64,000 bases of DNA from Squalus acanthias (taxonomy: Eukaryota): assembly GCA_030390025.1 (NCBI GenBank), contig CM059432.1:31436001-31500000 (forward strand), written 5' to 3'. Positions 1 through 12,747 of this stretch are shown here, one piece after another (position 1 is the first letter of the stretch; every line of letters starts with the position of its first letter). The notes below the pieces were generated by a model. It worked only from the letters and a program-made list of their open reading frames with translations. It ran no database searches and was not told where the DNA came from. Both the position numbers and the translations under genes were made by a program.

Positions 1-37
1 CTGCACACTCACACACACGCTGTCCTTTTTCATGCAG

Positions 38-837
38 GCCAAGTTTTCACATAACAGGAGGGAGCAACAATGCATGGGAGGAGGTCAGGCGGAGCTGCAC
101 CCCCTCACACAGCTGGAGGAGCGAGTTCACAGACTAATCGCGAATCATGTCGTGGGCACCGTGGCAGTTGGAGAGGTCGACCCCCTTGGGGACAGCAACG
201 GTATGTTCATCATCTCTCTCTCCTCTCTCATACCACTTGCCCCTCACAACACCAGCCTTGCCCACTTTCCATCTAACTATACTGTCTCCAGTCCTTGCTC
301 CCTTCCTGCCCCCCCTGCCCTCATGTTAAAGCCACACTTGTACCTACCTGCTTTCAGATAGTGAGCCACCAGCTGACCAGCCTGTCCTTCAGCCTGCCAG
401 TGGCAGCGACGCGGGAGAGGAGGAGGAACACCAAGCCGGAGCCTCACCGCCTGCTCGAGCAGATTGCTCCGGATGCTGAGGTACTGCCCCGGGGGAGTGG
501 CAGTGTGTCGGTCGAGCAGGAAGGTGCAGTCCTCTCTCAGGATGACAGCATTCCTGCTCCCACCACTGCCACTCCGCCATTGCACTTGCCACGGTCTGCA
601 ACACAGCCAGCCCAGACCGCTGCCGCCCATGCTGAGTTGGTGCAGTCTGCAGCCGGGGCCTCCAGGCCCAGAGCTGGTCGAGGGCGTCCTTCAAGGCCAT
701 CTGCAGTCTATGGATCTGAGATTCAGCAGCCTTCCGCCAGCCTTGCTGCAGCTACTGGGGCCACATTACGGAGGAGCAGTAGGGTTGGAATGGGGGAAGT
801 GCGAAGGGGAGGGAGATCATTCAAGAAGGCCGAATAA
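38..837 (+). pseudogene. Harbinger Myb/SANT-like partner gene, exon 2 (38-200) and exon 3 (358-837), internally deleted
   Basis: Splice sites CATGCAG|G at 37/38, G|GTATGT at 200/201 and TTTCAG|A at 357/358. Translation AKFSHNRREQQ...PLTQLEERV matches the partner genes at 41461-43370 and 48325-50201. About 500 bp present in the 48-49 kb copy is missing at ~451. Confidence 0.75.
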
Positions 838-1213
838 CTAAAATTTTTCTAACATATGGGGGGAATATTTGTACCAAAGTTGGATGTGTATGTAAATATA
901 TTGTTCACTCTGTTAGGATTTATTTTGATGTGGTAAGAACCAGTTTTGTTTGTTAATGAATTGTTGTGTTTGTTTGTTATTGGTTGCGCTTAATAAGACA
1001 CAGTTGTTCAGAAAAATAAAAATTTTTATTGAAAAGTTACAAATTTCCTCATGTTACTCATTGGAACTTTGGTAATAGGGTCTGTGGGATGGTTGTGATG
1101 ATGTGCTTGTTGATTCCCAAAGCCATCTTCTCTGTCATTCATCAGAAGCGCTGTCTTATGAGGCATTCACGAACGGCCCTTGCAGAAGCAACATTGAGCA
1201 CCTCCCTCCCACG

Positions 1214-2318
1214 TTATTGCTGCTCTTCCTCATCTTCATCCACCTCCTCCGCATCCTCCTTCTCCTCCTCTCCCTCTTCCTCCTCCTGAGGTGGTCCACC
1301 AGTCCCTGGTGGCAATGGCTGGGTCCTCAGAATTGCGAGGTTGTGAAGCATGCAGCACACAACAATGAAAACCGATATTCGATTGGGGGAGTACTGCAGG
1401 GCTCCTCCAGAGTGGTCAAGACACCGGAACCTTTGCTTCAACACACCGATCGTCTGTTCAATGAGGTTCCTAGTGGTGCTATGGCTCTCATTGTATGCGA
1501 GCTCAGCAGAAGTGTTGGGGTTACGGAGCGGTGTCATCAGCCAGGTGCAGAGTGGATAACCCTTGTCCCCGAGGAGACAGCCACGAGGTTGATGCGGTGG
1601 TTGGAACAGCTCTGGGACACCAGTCTGGCGCAGGATGAAAGCATCGTGGCTGCTGCCAGGATAGCGGGCATTGACAGCGAGGATGTGCTGTCTGTGATCA
1701 CACACCAACTGGACGTTCAGAGAGTGGAAGCTTTTGCGGTTGCGGAAAACCTCTGCATGTTCAAGAGGTGCCCGCAATGCCACATGCGTGCAGTCAATGG
1801 CGCCCTGAACGATGGGGAAGCCCGCGATCCTAGCGAAGCCACATGCGCGTTCACGCTGTTTGTCCCGGGTCATGGGGAATGAGATGTACTCCCTTCTCCT
1901 TTTGTAGAGAGCATTTGTGACCTCCCGGATGCAACAATGGACAGAAAACTAGGAGATGTTCGCAATATCCCCTGTTGAAGCCTGGAAGGAGCCGCTGGCA
2001 TAGAAATTGAGAGCCACTGTCACCTTCAGTGCCACCGACAGAGACGTCCTGGTCCTGAGCTGAGGCTGGAGCTCTGGCTGCAGGAGGTGGCAGAGCTCAG
2101 TGACCACCTCCTTGCTGAAGCGGAGCCTTCTAAAACGCTGCTTCTAGGACAGATGAATATATGAGAATTGCTCCCGGAATACCCTGGGAGGGTAAGGTCT
2201 CCTGTGCAGAGCCCTGTTGGCCCTCCTCCCTCTGGCCACATTTTCCACTCTCTCTCTCCGCCTCCGCTACCTCCGACGGTGAGGCTGGAGGACGAGGCCC
2301 CATGCTAGTACAGCCCCA
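1214..2318 (-). pseudogene. Harbinger (HARBI1-like) DDE transposase
   Basis: ORF 1214-1873 has [55 protein letters not shown] and an acidic tail. The N-terminal part has a stop (~1950) and frameshifts. Confidence 0.93.
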
Positions 2319-3539
2319 TTAAATCTTGTAAATGTGGTAGTAAATAAGCTTACAGAAATGGGAACCTAAAAAGTCTTGCTGACGAACAAAACTCCTTCAA
2401 GTAGGGTAGCGTTAAATATTTCCAGACGCCTCTCTCGCTCTCTTAACCTGCGTATGCAGAATTGATTACTGACAGGAAAAAGCAGAAAGCGCTCCCCCAG
2501 CTCCCAGCCGACTGCAAACCGTCCCCCTCTATCTGTCGTTCCTAGCGCCAGGCGCTGAGGCAGGGGGCAAGAATCAATTTCCAGTCCAGGGCGCTACGGG
2601 GCAATGCGCGCTTCGATGACGTCACGATCTCTGGGGGCAGGAGATCGTGGCGGTAGTGTTTAGCACCACCGCAAACTGCCAGGTCAATTTTGCGGGCGGC
2701 ACTAAAATCGCCACGCTTGGGCAGGTAAGTCGTTAGCGCCCCGTTAGTGCCCTCGGAGGCACTAAGGGGAGGCGCTAACCAACCCAATTTTCCCCCTTTG
2801 ACTATTACATCTATCTTGCTTACAGAAACTATTCTACTGTAGGCTTAAAGCCGTCAATAATTGCAATCATGCATTTGGTAAGACCCACCAAGGTTCATAA
2901 TTGGCATTTTGTAAATGTTAATTGCATTCACCTATAATACTAAGTTCATAAATATTTATTACAAAAAGCAGCAAAATGTTCAAAAGGAAACAGAAATATC
3001 AGGATTAATATGGAAAGCACCTAATGGGTTTTTAAGTAGAATCTGAATCTTTCAGTCTCTCTCAACATATTCTTTCTGTTCTCTAATGTCGCAGCATGTG
3101 AAGGAGAATGTGTGCCTCACAAAGGCTCTTGTTTTATTATCTCAATCATATGTAAATAGCTGATTAAAATATTAAAAGGATTTATTTGTTTCCATTCTGC
3201 AGGAGCTGATAAGAAAAAAATTAGTCAGTTATTGTCCAACCAATTTGTAAACTCACTGGGGAGCATTGATGTAGCTCAGTCATTCAGTTAAATTAATACA
3301 ACTGCTTTTAGGAAGCAGTGGACTCCCGAGTAATACACTATAGAAGTTCTAAGTACAAAGTGTATCAAATACATAAATATTAATGCTTACATATAAGGAA
3401 AGTACAGAATATTTAGGTTAACAGCATCCATCTTGTTGGGCAAGATATAGTGAATTATAATGAACTGTGAATGCTACTATTTTAATTTTTTTTTCACTTC
3501 TCTCCCTTCCTCTCCAGGTGCTCACAAAGACTAAGCAGA

Positions 3540-4080
3540 AGAAAAGAAGAAAGAAAGAACTTGGGCCTTTCCATCCTCAGGATGCCCCAATGCACTAAAC
3601 AGCCAACAAAATTAACTGTTGTTTTGCTGTTAAACGCAGCAGCCATTTTGCCCACAGCAAGGTCCCAACAAATAGCAGTGAGATAAATGACCATTAATCT
3701 GCTTCGGTGTTGTTGAGGGTGGAATGTTGGCCAGGTCACCAGGTCCTCAGCTTAATGCTTCATTTAAAGGACGGTACCTTCAACACTGCAGCATTCGATT
3801 AGTACTGCAAAAAGAAAAAAGAAAGATCTTACTTTTATATGGCACCTTTCACAACCACAGGTCAGCCCAAAGTACTTTACAGCCAGGGAAGAACTTTTGA
3901 AGTGTAGTCACGCGACAGCCAAATTGCGCACAGTAAGACCCCACAAACAGAAATGAAATAAATGTTTTAGGTGTTGAGGGATAAATGTTGGCCAGGGCTC
4001 CGCTGCTCTTCTTTGAATAATGCCATGGGATCTTTTATATTGACACTTAAATACAGACAAGCAAGACGATTCGGTCATCA
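3540..4080 (-). mobile_element. Two degenerate Deu-SINE (SacSINE1-like) fragments
   Basis: Reverse-complement similarity to the SINEs at 9425-9815 and 53190-53640 (GATAAATGTTGGCCAGG, GCCATGGGATCTTTTA, GCAGCCATTTTG). Confidence 0.65.
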
Positions 4081-5049
4081 AGCTCATCCTACCATGGAAA
4101 CATACAGTTTTCCCCTTCACCCCCATCTCACTACCTCTTGAGCGATTCCAGAGTTTTTACCTACCTAGAAGACTATTTCAGGTATTAATCACTTTGTAGT
4201 TCAGAACTTGCCTTTTACCAATTTGTACCACTGAACCCTTGTACTGAGGTCATAGTTTAACTTGAAATTATGCTCAGGATAAAGTTTTCTATTCTGCTTT
4301 GTATATTTTCTACCTCTACAAGGTCACTGCTCATTCACCTCCTTTCAAGGTCGCTTCAGTATGATGGCCTCCCAGGAACATAGGGAGTCTTAGGCAGTAC
4401 CGCAAAATGGACAATAACGAATCAGCAGCCAGTTTTAAACACCGCCCAATTTTCCTTTCCAAAGCCGATTCACTATCGCTTGTTTTGTTCTACCACCCAA
4501 GATAAATTTCATCTCCATACTAACAGGACTAGGTTCTTCAGCCCCTCAAGCCTACTTCACTATTTTGTTAGCTGTAGAGGTGTTATCATTTTTCATCCCA
4601 ATTTTCTGCCCTTTCTCCATATCTCCGAATGCCCTTACTTCCCGGATAAATATTTAAATGTGCCAACTGATTCTACATCAATAGCCTTCTGGGGAAGTGC
4701 GTTCCACATTCTCTCAACTCAACGTGAAGAAGATTTTTTCTGGATCCCCTTTTAACTGGTTTTGCTCTAATTCTAAGATTATGCCCGTCGAACTTACAAT
4801 CTACTGATCGGGTAAGAAATCTTCGCATTCTCTGATATCTTTTGATTCTCCCCTTTCTCCTGTCATTTTTCCTCTCTACTTTTTTCAATCTTACTAAAAC
4901 ACCTATTTTTCTTTCTGTCTTCAGTTCTGATGAAAGTTTTCTTTCTTGTCGTGTATTCCGAGCATTTTCTGTTCTTCTATTTCAGATTTCCATAATTTGC
5001 AGTTTTTCTTTCCCTTTCGTATAGCTAGGCATTCTGTTCTAATTGCTGT

Positions 5050-5830
5050 TCTGCATTAACTGGGCATGGTCAGTGATGAGTGCGCTATCACTTCCCACTC
5101 TGCTTACCCTCACTGCTGTTAGTTTGTTCATTAAATATGTGCCCTATTTTTTTCTTCCAATGTAGAAGACTTATCTCTACTGAATATCACCTGCCATAGT
5201 TCTACCCGCTTGCATATATTATCTAAACCTTTCTGTGGCTCCTTGGTTGTTTCATCAGCCTCTACTGCCCTCTCCTTCACTTTGGTATAATCTGTGAGTC
5301 TGGCCAATTTACACTGTGTTTCTGAAACATGATTGCTCTTGTGGATTAAAAAGCTAGGGTCCCAGCACCATTCCTGGGGCACCTTACTTGCTATATCTCC
5401 CCAGGCGAACATCAGTCCCTTAATTAGTTCCTCTCTTTCAACCATTTCTTTCCCACCTCCAAGTTAGTGATTAAGGATGAAATCACTTCAATGATAAAAG
5501 AGGATATAATGAGAGGTAATCAGGCAGTAGAAACCTTATGGGTAGAATTAAGAAGTAGGAAAGGATTTAAGACTGTAGTGGGAGTTGTGTATAAGCCCCC
5601 TGGTAGCAGCTGTGAAGTGCTAGATTGTATAAATGCAGAGATTAGACAAGCATGTAGTACAGGTAGAGTGGTTTTAATGGGGAATTTTAACTTGCATATA
5701 GATTGGGACAAGCAGACTAGCACCTGTCGGAAAGGTAGTGAAATTGTTGAGTGTGTCCGGGATAGTTTTCTACAACAATATGTCCTAGAAGCAACAATGG
5801 GGCGTGCCATATTATATTTAGTAATGAGTA
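5050..5830. mobile_element. CR1 LINE fragments: RT piece on minus (~5050-5460) and APE piece on plus (5467-5830)
   Basis: Minus-strand translation contains ASKVPQEW...LARLTDYTK, a decayed GVPQG/FADDTK. Plus-strand translation contains VETLWVELR..VGVVYKPP..MGNFNL..IDW, typical of a CR1 endonuclease. Confidence 0.8.
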
Positions 5831-6670
5831 ATGCAGCAAGACCTGGACGATATTCAGGCTTGGGCTGATAAGTGGCAGGTAACATTCGCACCACAGAAGT
5901 ACGAGGCAATGACGAGCTCCAACAAGCGAGCGTCTAACTACCGCCCCTTGACATTCAACGGCAATACCATCGGCAAATCCCCCACCATCAATATCCTGGG
6001 GGTCACCATTGACCAGAAACGTAACTAGACCAGCCACATAAATACTGCGGCAACAAGAGCAGGTCAGAGGATGGGTATTCTGTGGCGAGTGTTTCACTTC
6101 CTGACTCCCCACAGCCTTTCCACCATCTACAAGGCATAAGTCAGGAGTGTGATGGAATACTCTCCACTTGCCTGGATGAGTGCTCCAACAACACTCAAGA
6201 AGCTCGACACCATCCAGGACAAAGCAGCCCGTTTGATTGGCACCCCATCCACCACCTTAAAGATTCACTCCCTCCACCACCAGCGTACCGTGGCTGCAGT
6301 GTGTACCATCTACAAGATGCAATGCAGCAACTCGCCAAGGCTTCTTCGGCAGCACCTCCCAAACCCGCGACCTCTACCACCTAGAAGGACAAGGGCAGCA
6401 GGTGCATGGGAACACCACCACTTCCAAGTTCCCCTCCAAGTCACACACCATCCTGACTTGGAAGTATATCACCGTTCCTTCATCGTCACTGGGTCAAAAT
6501 CCTGGAACTCCCTACCTAACAGCACTGTGGGAGTACCTTCACCACATGGACTGCAGTGGTTCAAGAATGCGGCTCACCACCACCTTCTCAAGGGCAACTA
6601 GGGTTGGGCAATAAATGCTGGCCTTGCCAGCGACGCCCACCTCCCATAAAAACGAGTAAAACAAAAACAG
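5831..6670 (+). mobile_element. 3' fragment of CR1-group LINE family B
   Basis: MQQDLDDIQAWADKWQVTF ... SKSWNSLP ... HHHLLKGN followed by the tail GGGCAATAAATGCTGGCC. Highly similar to 20007-20920. Confidence 0.88.
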
Positions 6671-7649
6671 GCTTGAGCAGCTCAATGGCCTACCCTTGTT
6701 CCTATGTTTCTATGTTCCTAAGTTTTACCTCAGACATCCAGCTAGAAATTCAACTCCACCTGAAAACGGGTGCGTGGCAGGGGACCATGTGAAATTGGCG
6801 CTGGTAGCTCATTATCATGAATCAACCGTGCAGCCAGCATTGGCTATGCGCCTGTTTGAGGCAACAAGAAATCAGGCAATCAATTAAAGGGGAGGTGCAG
6901 ACAGCAGGGAAGCACTGAGAAAGGTCTAAAATGGCTAGTTTGTGTTGAACTTTTTTTCCTCCCACCACCCACCTCCCCGCCTCCCCCCAGCCCCCCCACC
7001 CCCTCGCTCCCCCCCGCAATTTGTCATGTTTGGCTTCAAGTGTAGATTTAAAGAAACGCACATGATGGATGATGGGCTTTCGAGTTTATCCTAATCATTA
7101 AAACCTTCAACTACATTTATGAAAAGCTTTCTGAGAAATGTCACATTGACTAAGAATAGCTGGGACATTGAATGCTGAAGATGTTGGAAGAGACAGAAGG
7201 GTTAGGTGCTGAATGAAATGCTTCAAGGTTACCGGTAAAAGCTGGGTATTGTACAATGAACATTAGTCAACCTTATTTTCTGGCAACTGAACCTTTTCCT
7301 AGACCAAGTATAGAAATAAAAGACTTTTTTTTCCTGAAAGGTTTAATCTATTGATGTCCCACCTGATTCCAATAAGTGCATACATTTAATTTAAAGGTTT
7401 TCTTTTTGTGTATTTTATATAAATGAACAAATGGTCACAAGAGGAAGAAATTAGCAGGAAAACACTCGAAGGAAGAGAAATAACTTTTAGTGCTTACCAA
7501 TGTTAACAATGTGTGAGTCATTGCTGAAAAGGATTCTAGATTAACCATTTCAACACTGGCTGAATTTGGTAACTTTTCCAAATGTCACCTTTGTTCTGTG
7601 ATCAGGGTTGTAGTGGATACTCAGTATAAGGCAATAGAATGCCCATATT

Positions 7650-7835
7650 GATGCTAGATCAATTGTTAATTTTAAATTGGAGATTGATAGCTTTTTGTTA
7701 ACCAAAGGTATTAAGGGATATGGGCCAAAGGCGGGTATATGGAGTTAGGTCGCAGATCAGCCATGATCTAATTGAATGGCGGAACAGGCTCGAGGGGCTC
7801 AATGGCCTACTCCTGTTCCTACGTTCCTATGTTCT
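7650..7835 (+). mobile_element. CR1 3' tail
   Basis: GATCAGCCATGATC..GAATGGCGGAACAGGCTCGAGGGG..ATGGCCTACTCCTGTTCCT, the same tail as at 18520-18600. Confidence 0.8.
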
Positions 7836-9424
7836 TTGGCCCAGCCTGCCTCCTGCTTCATCCTCTGAACCTTGCTCATTTTGCTACCTGCCCTCTGTCC
7901 CTTGAGCTCAGACTCCTTCACACCCTGCCTCAAATTTGCTCTCCAATCCCTTAGGCCCATCTTCAAGACCAGCACCTCACTTTCTCTTGTTACTGTTTTC
8001 AACCTTAGTGGTGTTCTGCACTTGGCCCTTCACCACATTTCTCAAGTTGAAAAAGAGTCACAATTGGAGTAAGTTCTGAGCTGAGGAAATATTGTTTGCT
8101 ATTGATGCATTAATATAACTTTATGTTTGGATCAAGGGTAGGTCCTCGTTGGGGAGGGTCTTGGAACTGCAGCTTTTCTTGTTTGTTTAAGATTATAATG
8201 ATCGGATGTCTGAGGTAATGCTCCTCTCCCTCTCCACCCAGATCTGACACATGCCCATCTTTCCTCTGCCAGGTGCCTCCTGGTCCTTTTCTCAACGATT
8301 ATTGTTCTTTGTTCTGCTCTACAACGAGAGGTGGCATGTTGTAATTTTATCTCCATATTTAGTCCTTTGTATTTGTAATCGCTTTGTTTGTGACTCCGAG
8401 CTCTTGTCAAATTGAGGGTTTTTTTCAGTAAAGCTTATAGAAACAAAGTAAGAGAAAACCCTTTTCATAATTGGTATCATTGGCAGTGGGTGTCTGCCTA
8501 AGGGGAATGCACAAACAAAACACAGTGTAGCAGACAATGGAGACAACACAAACCAAAGCAATGGGTGTGTTGACACTTTTAATTGCTCAGTTCCTTTACT
8601 TTGCATAGATGTCTAATCTTTTGTTTAAAATTTGTGAGGGAGGTTTCTGACTATACATAAACAGGGAACAAGCTGGTATACTAGCTATAGCATCCCTTTT
8701 AATGTATTCTCCATACGCAAATATTTTCAACATATGCTAGTGCACAGTCCCTATGTTTATTCTTGTTTTGCTTGTTAAGCAGCAATTAATATGAAAGATG
8801 CAGATTTACTCAGGATTTACTTCATTCTCACATGAAGCAAAAGGGAAGGTCATATATATTTTCTTAGGAATACCATTTGCAGTCATAAGAGCACAAGAAA
8901 GCATGGAATGAGTAGAGCAACGCTTGTTCCGAACAATGAGGGAGACCTTATGGAGTGTGTATCTTTGACCTCACTAGATTTGCAAAGCACACTGGGTCCC
9001 CACATCCTATTGCAAATAATGCATCATATAAGTGGGTAAGATTAAGCTCTCCTAATGGCCTACTGGGTACAGGTAATGGTCAGTGCAGTGCTAATCCATA
9101 CAGAGTAGAAGGCTCCAGTTTGAAATACTGGTCTGCACTCAGCTAGCTGATCTCAGCAAGGGTAAGAGGATGGGTGCTACAGTTAACCTCAAGGTCCATG
9201 AACTATGGAGGGGCAAAATTCAACCATAACTGTTTGGTGGAGCAGGCAGAATGGGCTGATTGATCTACTCCTGCTCCTATGTGCCTATGTTCCTGATCAC
9301 TAATTGGCTCCTGCTGGAATGTGCCATGAGAACAGGAACACGCTCAGCCATCATACCTTCCATAATAGAATAGCTTGTGTAAAATAACTGTCTGGCCCAG
9401 GTATATCCACTGTGTCATGGCACA

Positions 9425-9815
9425 GTCACCTCTGAGTCAGAAGGTTGTGGGTTCAAGCCCCACTCCAGAGACTGGAGCACAAAATCTAGGCTGACACTTC
9501 AGTGCAGTACTGATTGAGTACTGAGGGTCTTACGGATGAGATGATAAAAAGAGGCCCCATCTGCTCTCACAGGTGGATGTAAAAGATCTCATAGCACTAT
9601 TTCGAAGAATAGCAGGGGAGCTCTCCCTGGTATCCTGGCCAATATTTACCCCTCAACCAACATCACTAAAAACAGATCATTGCCCTTTACGGGACCTTGT
9701 TGTGCGCAGATTGGCTGTGTGTTTCCTACATTACAACTGTGCCTATATTTCAAAAGTATTTCATTGGCTGTAAAGTGCTTTGGGACATTCCTGAGGTTGT
9801 GAAAAGCACTGTATG
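9425..9815 (+). mobile_element. tRNA-headed Deu-SINE (SacSINE1-like)
   Basis: B-box GGTTCAAGCCC, central GATGTAAAAGATC..TCCTGGCCAATATTTA and an L2-like tail TGTAAAGTGCTTTGGGA..GTGAAAAGCACT. Confidence 0.75.
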
Positions 9816-10919
9816 TTTTTTCTTTCTTTTCTCTTTCTTTCTTTCTCTCTTTTTTTCTCTCTTTCTTTCTTCCCTTCCCTTCCCTTTCTTCCTTCCTACC
9901 CTTGTGGGGCAAATAACAAGTTTCACAGCTGGCTGTAGGGGTAGAATAACGCATGGGCCTATGGGATCCGTGTCCAGAGACCCCAGCCAAACATGGGGCA
10001 TCCAGTAAAACTCACCATAATACAGAAAAAAAACGCATACAACCACTGGAAGTTTCATAGAAGAATAGTGTATTATGATATGATTTGCTTTATTATTAAT
10101 ACATGTTTAAATGTTCTAGGAGCCTATTTCTTCATGCATTTTACCACAATTGTGTTTTAATGGATAAGGGGTGGGGGGAGATTGTGCAGGGGTATTTGGA
10201 AGGGCCCAAGAATTTTTAATCCAGCTCTGGCTGGCTGCAGAATCAACCCAAAGCAGTAAAACCATTAGGGGAAGATTAGGTGTGGGGAGGGAGGAATTGG
10301 AATTGGATATTATCCAATATTTGAGATGCTTCACACATGTCTTGTGTTTCAAATTGATATTTATGGCAACCTTTGTGCACAACGTTTGGCCTTACCTACA
10401 GGAAAAAACAATTTTAATCTGTTCAATATAATGCTAGGAAAACAACAGAGGAGCTGGATAGCCCTCAGCACAGTGTTTTGTCTGTTCCAAACAATTAAGG
10501 CAGAAGGCTTGCTTAGATTATGCTCCAGTAAGGTTCACTTAAACTAGGCCTACATTGCCCCAAGTACTTGAGCATAATTTTAAAATAAAAATGATTACAG
10601 TGTATAGAGAATATGCTCCAATATTATAACATTCAAAAAAAGTGGAATTAAATATTGTTTAAATTGCGGTGTTTGATCATTGGAAGTCTCAGAAAAGAAC
10701 GACAGCCATTCATCAGATGTCAAGCTGAAAGACAAGAAACTATGCCAATTTCAAAAAGAGGCAAAGCTTAAAGCAATGTATAAAAGATTTATTTTTATTA
10801 TAAATGATGAGAAGTCAAACATAATATTGAAGTCTTTCTATCATAATCTGTTTCCTCCTATCATTGTTGAACCTGCTCTGCACTATAAGTAGCTAACAGG
10901 AATACACCAATTTTTAAAA

Positions 10920-11930
10920 GTAGGAGGACAATTTGATAAAGCTGTAAAAAAAAAAGAAGCAAAGGAGATGCTAAGTTTTATAAATAGGGGTGCAGAGCAG
11001 AAAATCAAAGAGCCAGTGCTAAACTTATACAGATCTTTGGTTGGGCCGCAGTTCAATTGTGTCCACTTTTGGGCACCCTACTTTAGGAAGGATTTCAAGA
11101 ACATTGAGGGCTGGATTTTCATTGACCCGTGGAGGTGGGTTTGGAGGCGTGTGGGGGGTTAAAATTGCGAAAACTGGCGGGCGGGCACAAGCCTGCCTCC
11201 ATGCAATTTTCATTAAATCATGTCTGCTGGTCCCGACTCCGTCCTGCCTCTAAGAGGCGGGATAGGCTGTTAAGGCCCTTAACAAGCACTAAATTGCCTC
11301 TAAAATGCCATTTTGAAAGGCCTTTGTGATTTTAACCCTTTTTCTACGTGAAGCATGCCTGTTCTGAACCACGAATGTGAAACCTGGCGGGAGCACATTT
11401 GGATAGCTGACGATCAGCTGCAGGTCCACTATTACAATGATGATGATGATGGAGGAGATGGAGGAGCAGGAGGAGGAAGTGGAGGTGGAGGTGGAGGAGG
11501 AGGAGGTGGAGGTGGAGGAGGAGGAGGAGGATGATATCTGGGACTGGTGGTGGTGGTGCTAAAATATCTGGGAGCAGACTTAGGGCTGCTGCTGCTCATT
11601 TTGCATCCAGGTCCTCTCACAGCAAAGGCCAGGCAGTCTTTGCAGACATTCAATGCAGCAGCAATGATGACATCATCAGAGGCGACTTTCAGACTGAAAA
11701 CACTAATTGGTTCATGGGTTCCCACATGCTGGAACTCAATTACCCAATTAGGTTAAAATCGCATCAATCTCCCACATCCAATTGCAGTCGGGTGGATAAC
11801 ACAAAAAGTGGATGACATGACCCCAGCCCGCCCCAGTATCAAAATCCAGCCCTGAGAGTGTTCAGAGGAGATTAGAGAAGCTGGAGCTCTACTGCTCAGA
11901 ACAGAGAAGGTGAAGTAGAGCTAGTCACAG
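10920..11930 (+). mobile_element. Decayed CR1 RT C-terminal fragment, split by a MITE
   Basis: MLSFINRG..LNLYRSLVGPQ..CVHFWAPYFRKD. The LINE sequence resumes after 11852 (GAGAGTGTTCAGAGG). Confidence 0.75.
11108..11852. mobile_element. Non-autonomous Harbinger-type MITE, family M1
   Basis: Perfect 12-bp TIR GGGCTGGATTTT...AAAATCCAGCCC and 3-bp TSD TGA. It is the reverse-orientation homolog of 47397-48155 and 51757-52497. Confidence 0.9.
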
Positions 11931-12747
11931 AGGAACATTGGGACTCAATCTGCATATTTAAAGAAGGCCACCGCTTCCTTTCTGCAGGTGTCAAGCTCAC
12001 CTGCTCAGAAGAGCAGGTTAATATCTAGACTCAGCAGGAAGACAGCGAGATCAAAGGAGGGAAATGACTAGCTTAATTTTAACTGCCCCCACCCCGACCC
12101 AATTTCCACCAGGTGGGTGGAGTTAAAAACGGGACCGTTGTGTCCAGTCACGTTGCAATGTAGACCTCTGCTCCTGATTCTTGATTCAATACTCATGTTA
12201 ACTTGAATTTATTTCACAGTAATCCTTATTTCTTTACCCTTCAGGTTTAGAATATTAAGCACTAAATTATCTGCAGCATAGAACTGTCCAATGCTGCAAA
12301 TCATTCAGCTGTTCCTTATTACACATTTCTCAGAATTTAATTACAGTGCATTTTTTAAACCCATTTATTTTTTTAAACTTCAGTAAAAGAAAGGATACCG
12401 CTTCCTGAACTCTTGAAGTGTCCTTAGCTGTAATGGTTTTTAGTGAGAATAATTGTTCTGTCTACCTACTTTATGCTGAAGTAAATTTCCTTTTATTTGT
12501 CTTCTTAAGTGCCGGTACCAAGGTTAAGGATAGTATTATGAGGCATCTCATCTCCACAGCAACAAGATTGAGATGGCTTCCTCAGGGTGTTTTATTGTAC
12601 AGTCACTGTGATTATTTGGGGTCTCTGAATGCGCACCGTATGGGGACAGGGCCTAAACACCATCCCGGCCCACCGGAACCGCGTTGTTGCAGCTGCACAT
12701 GCATACCAGCGGCCTCCATCATGCTTTCCTCAGCTCCCTGTAGAGAA

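Larger units (their letters stand above)
1..2796 (-). mobile_element. PIF/Harbinger DNA transposon copy 1 (other end lies outside the window)
   Basis: The terminus at 2796 reads GGGGGAAAATTGGGTTGGTTAGCGCCTCCC on the minus strand, closely matching the left end of the element at 44817. It contains a transposase (-) and a convergent Myb-partner gene (+). Confidence 0.92.

Noticed and set aside
1214..1873. Host HARBI1 gene
   Set aside because: It lies inside a TIR-bounded multicopy element with stops upstream, so it is a transposon copy and not the domesticated gene.
1103..1882. 259-aa plus-strand ORF
   Set aside because: Antisense to the transposase.
11432..11725. Poly-proline ORF
   Set aside because: Trinucleotide microsatellite inside MITE M1.
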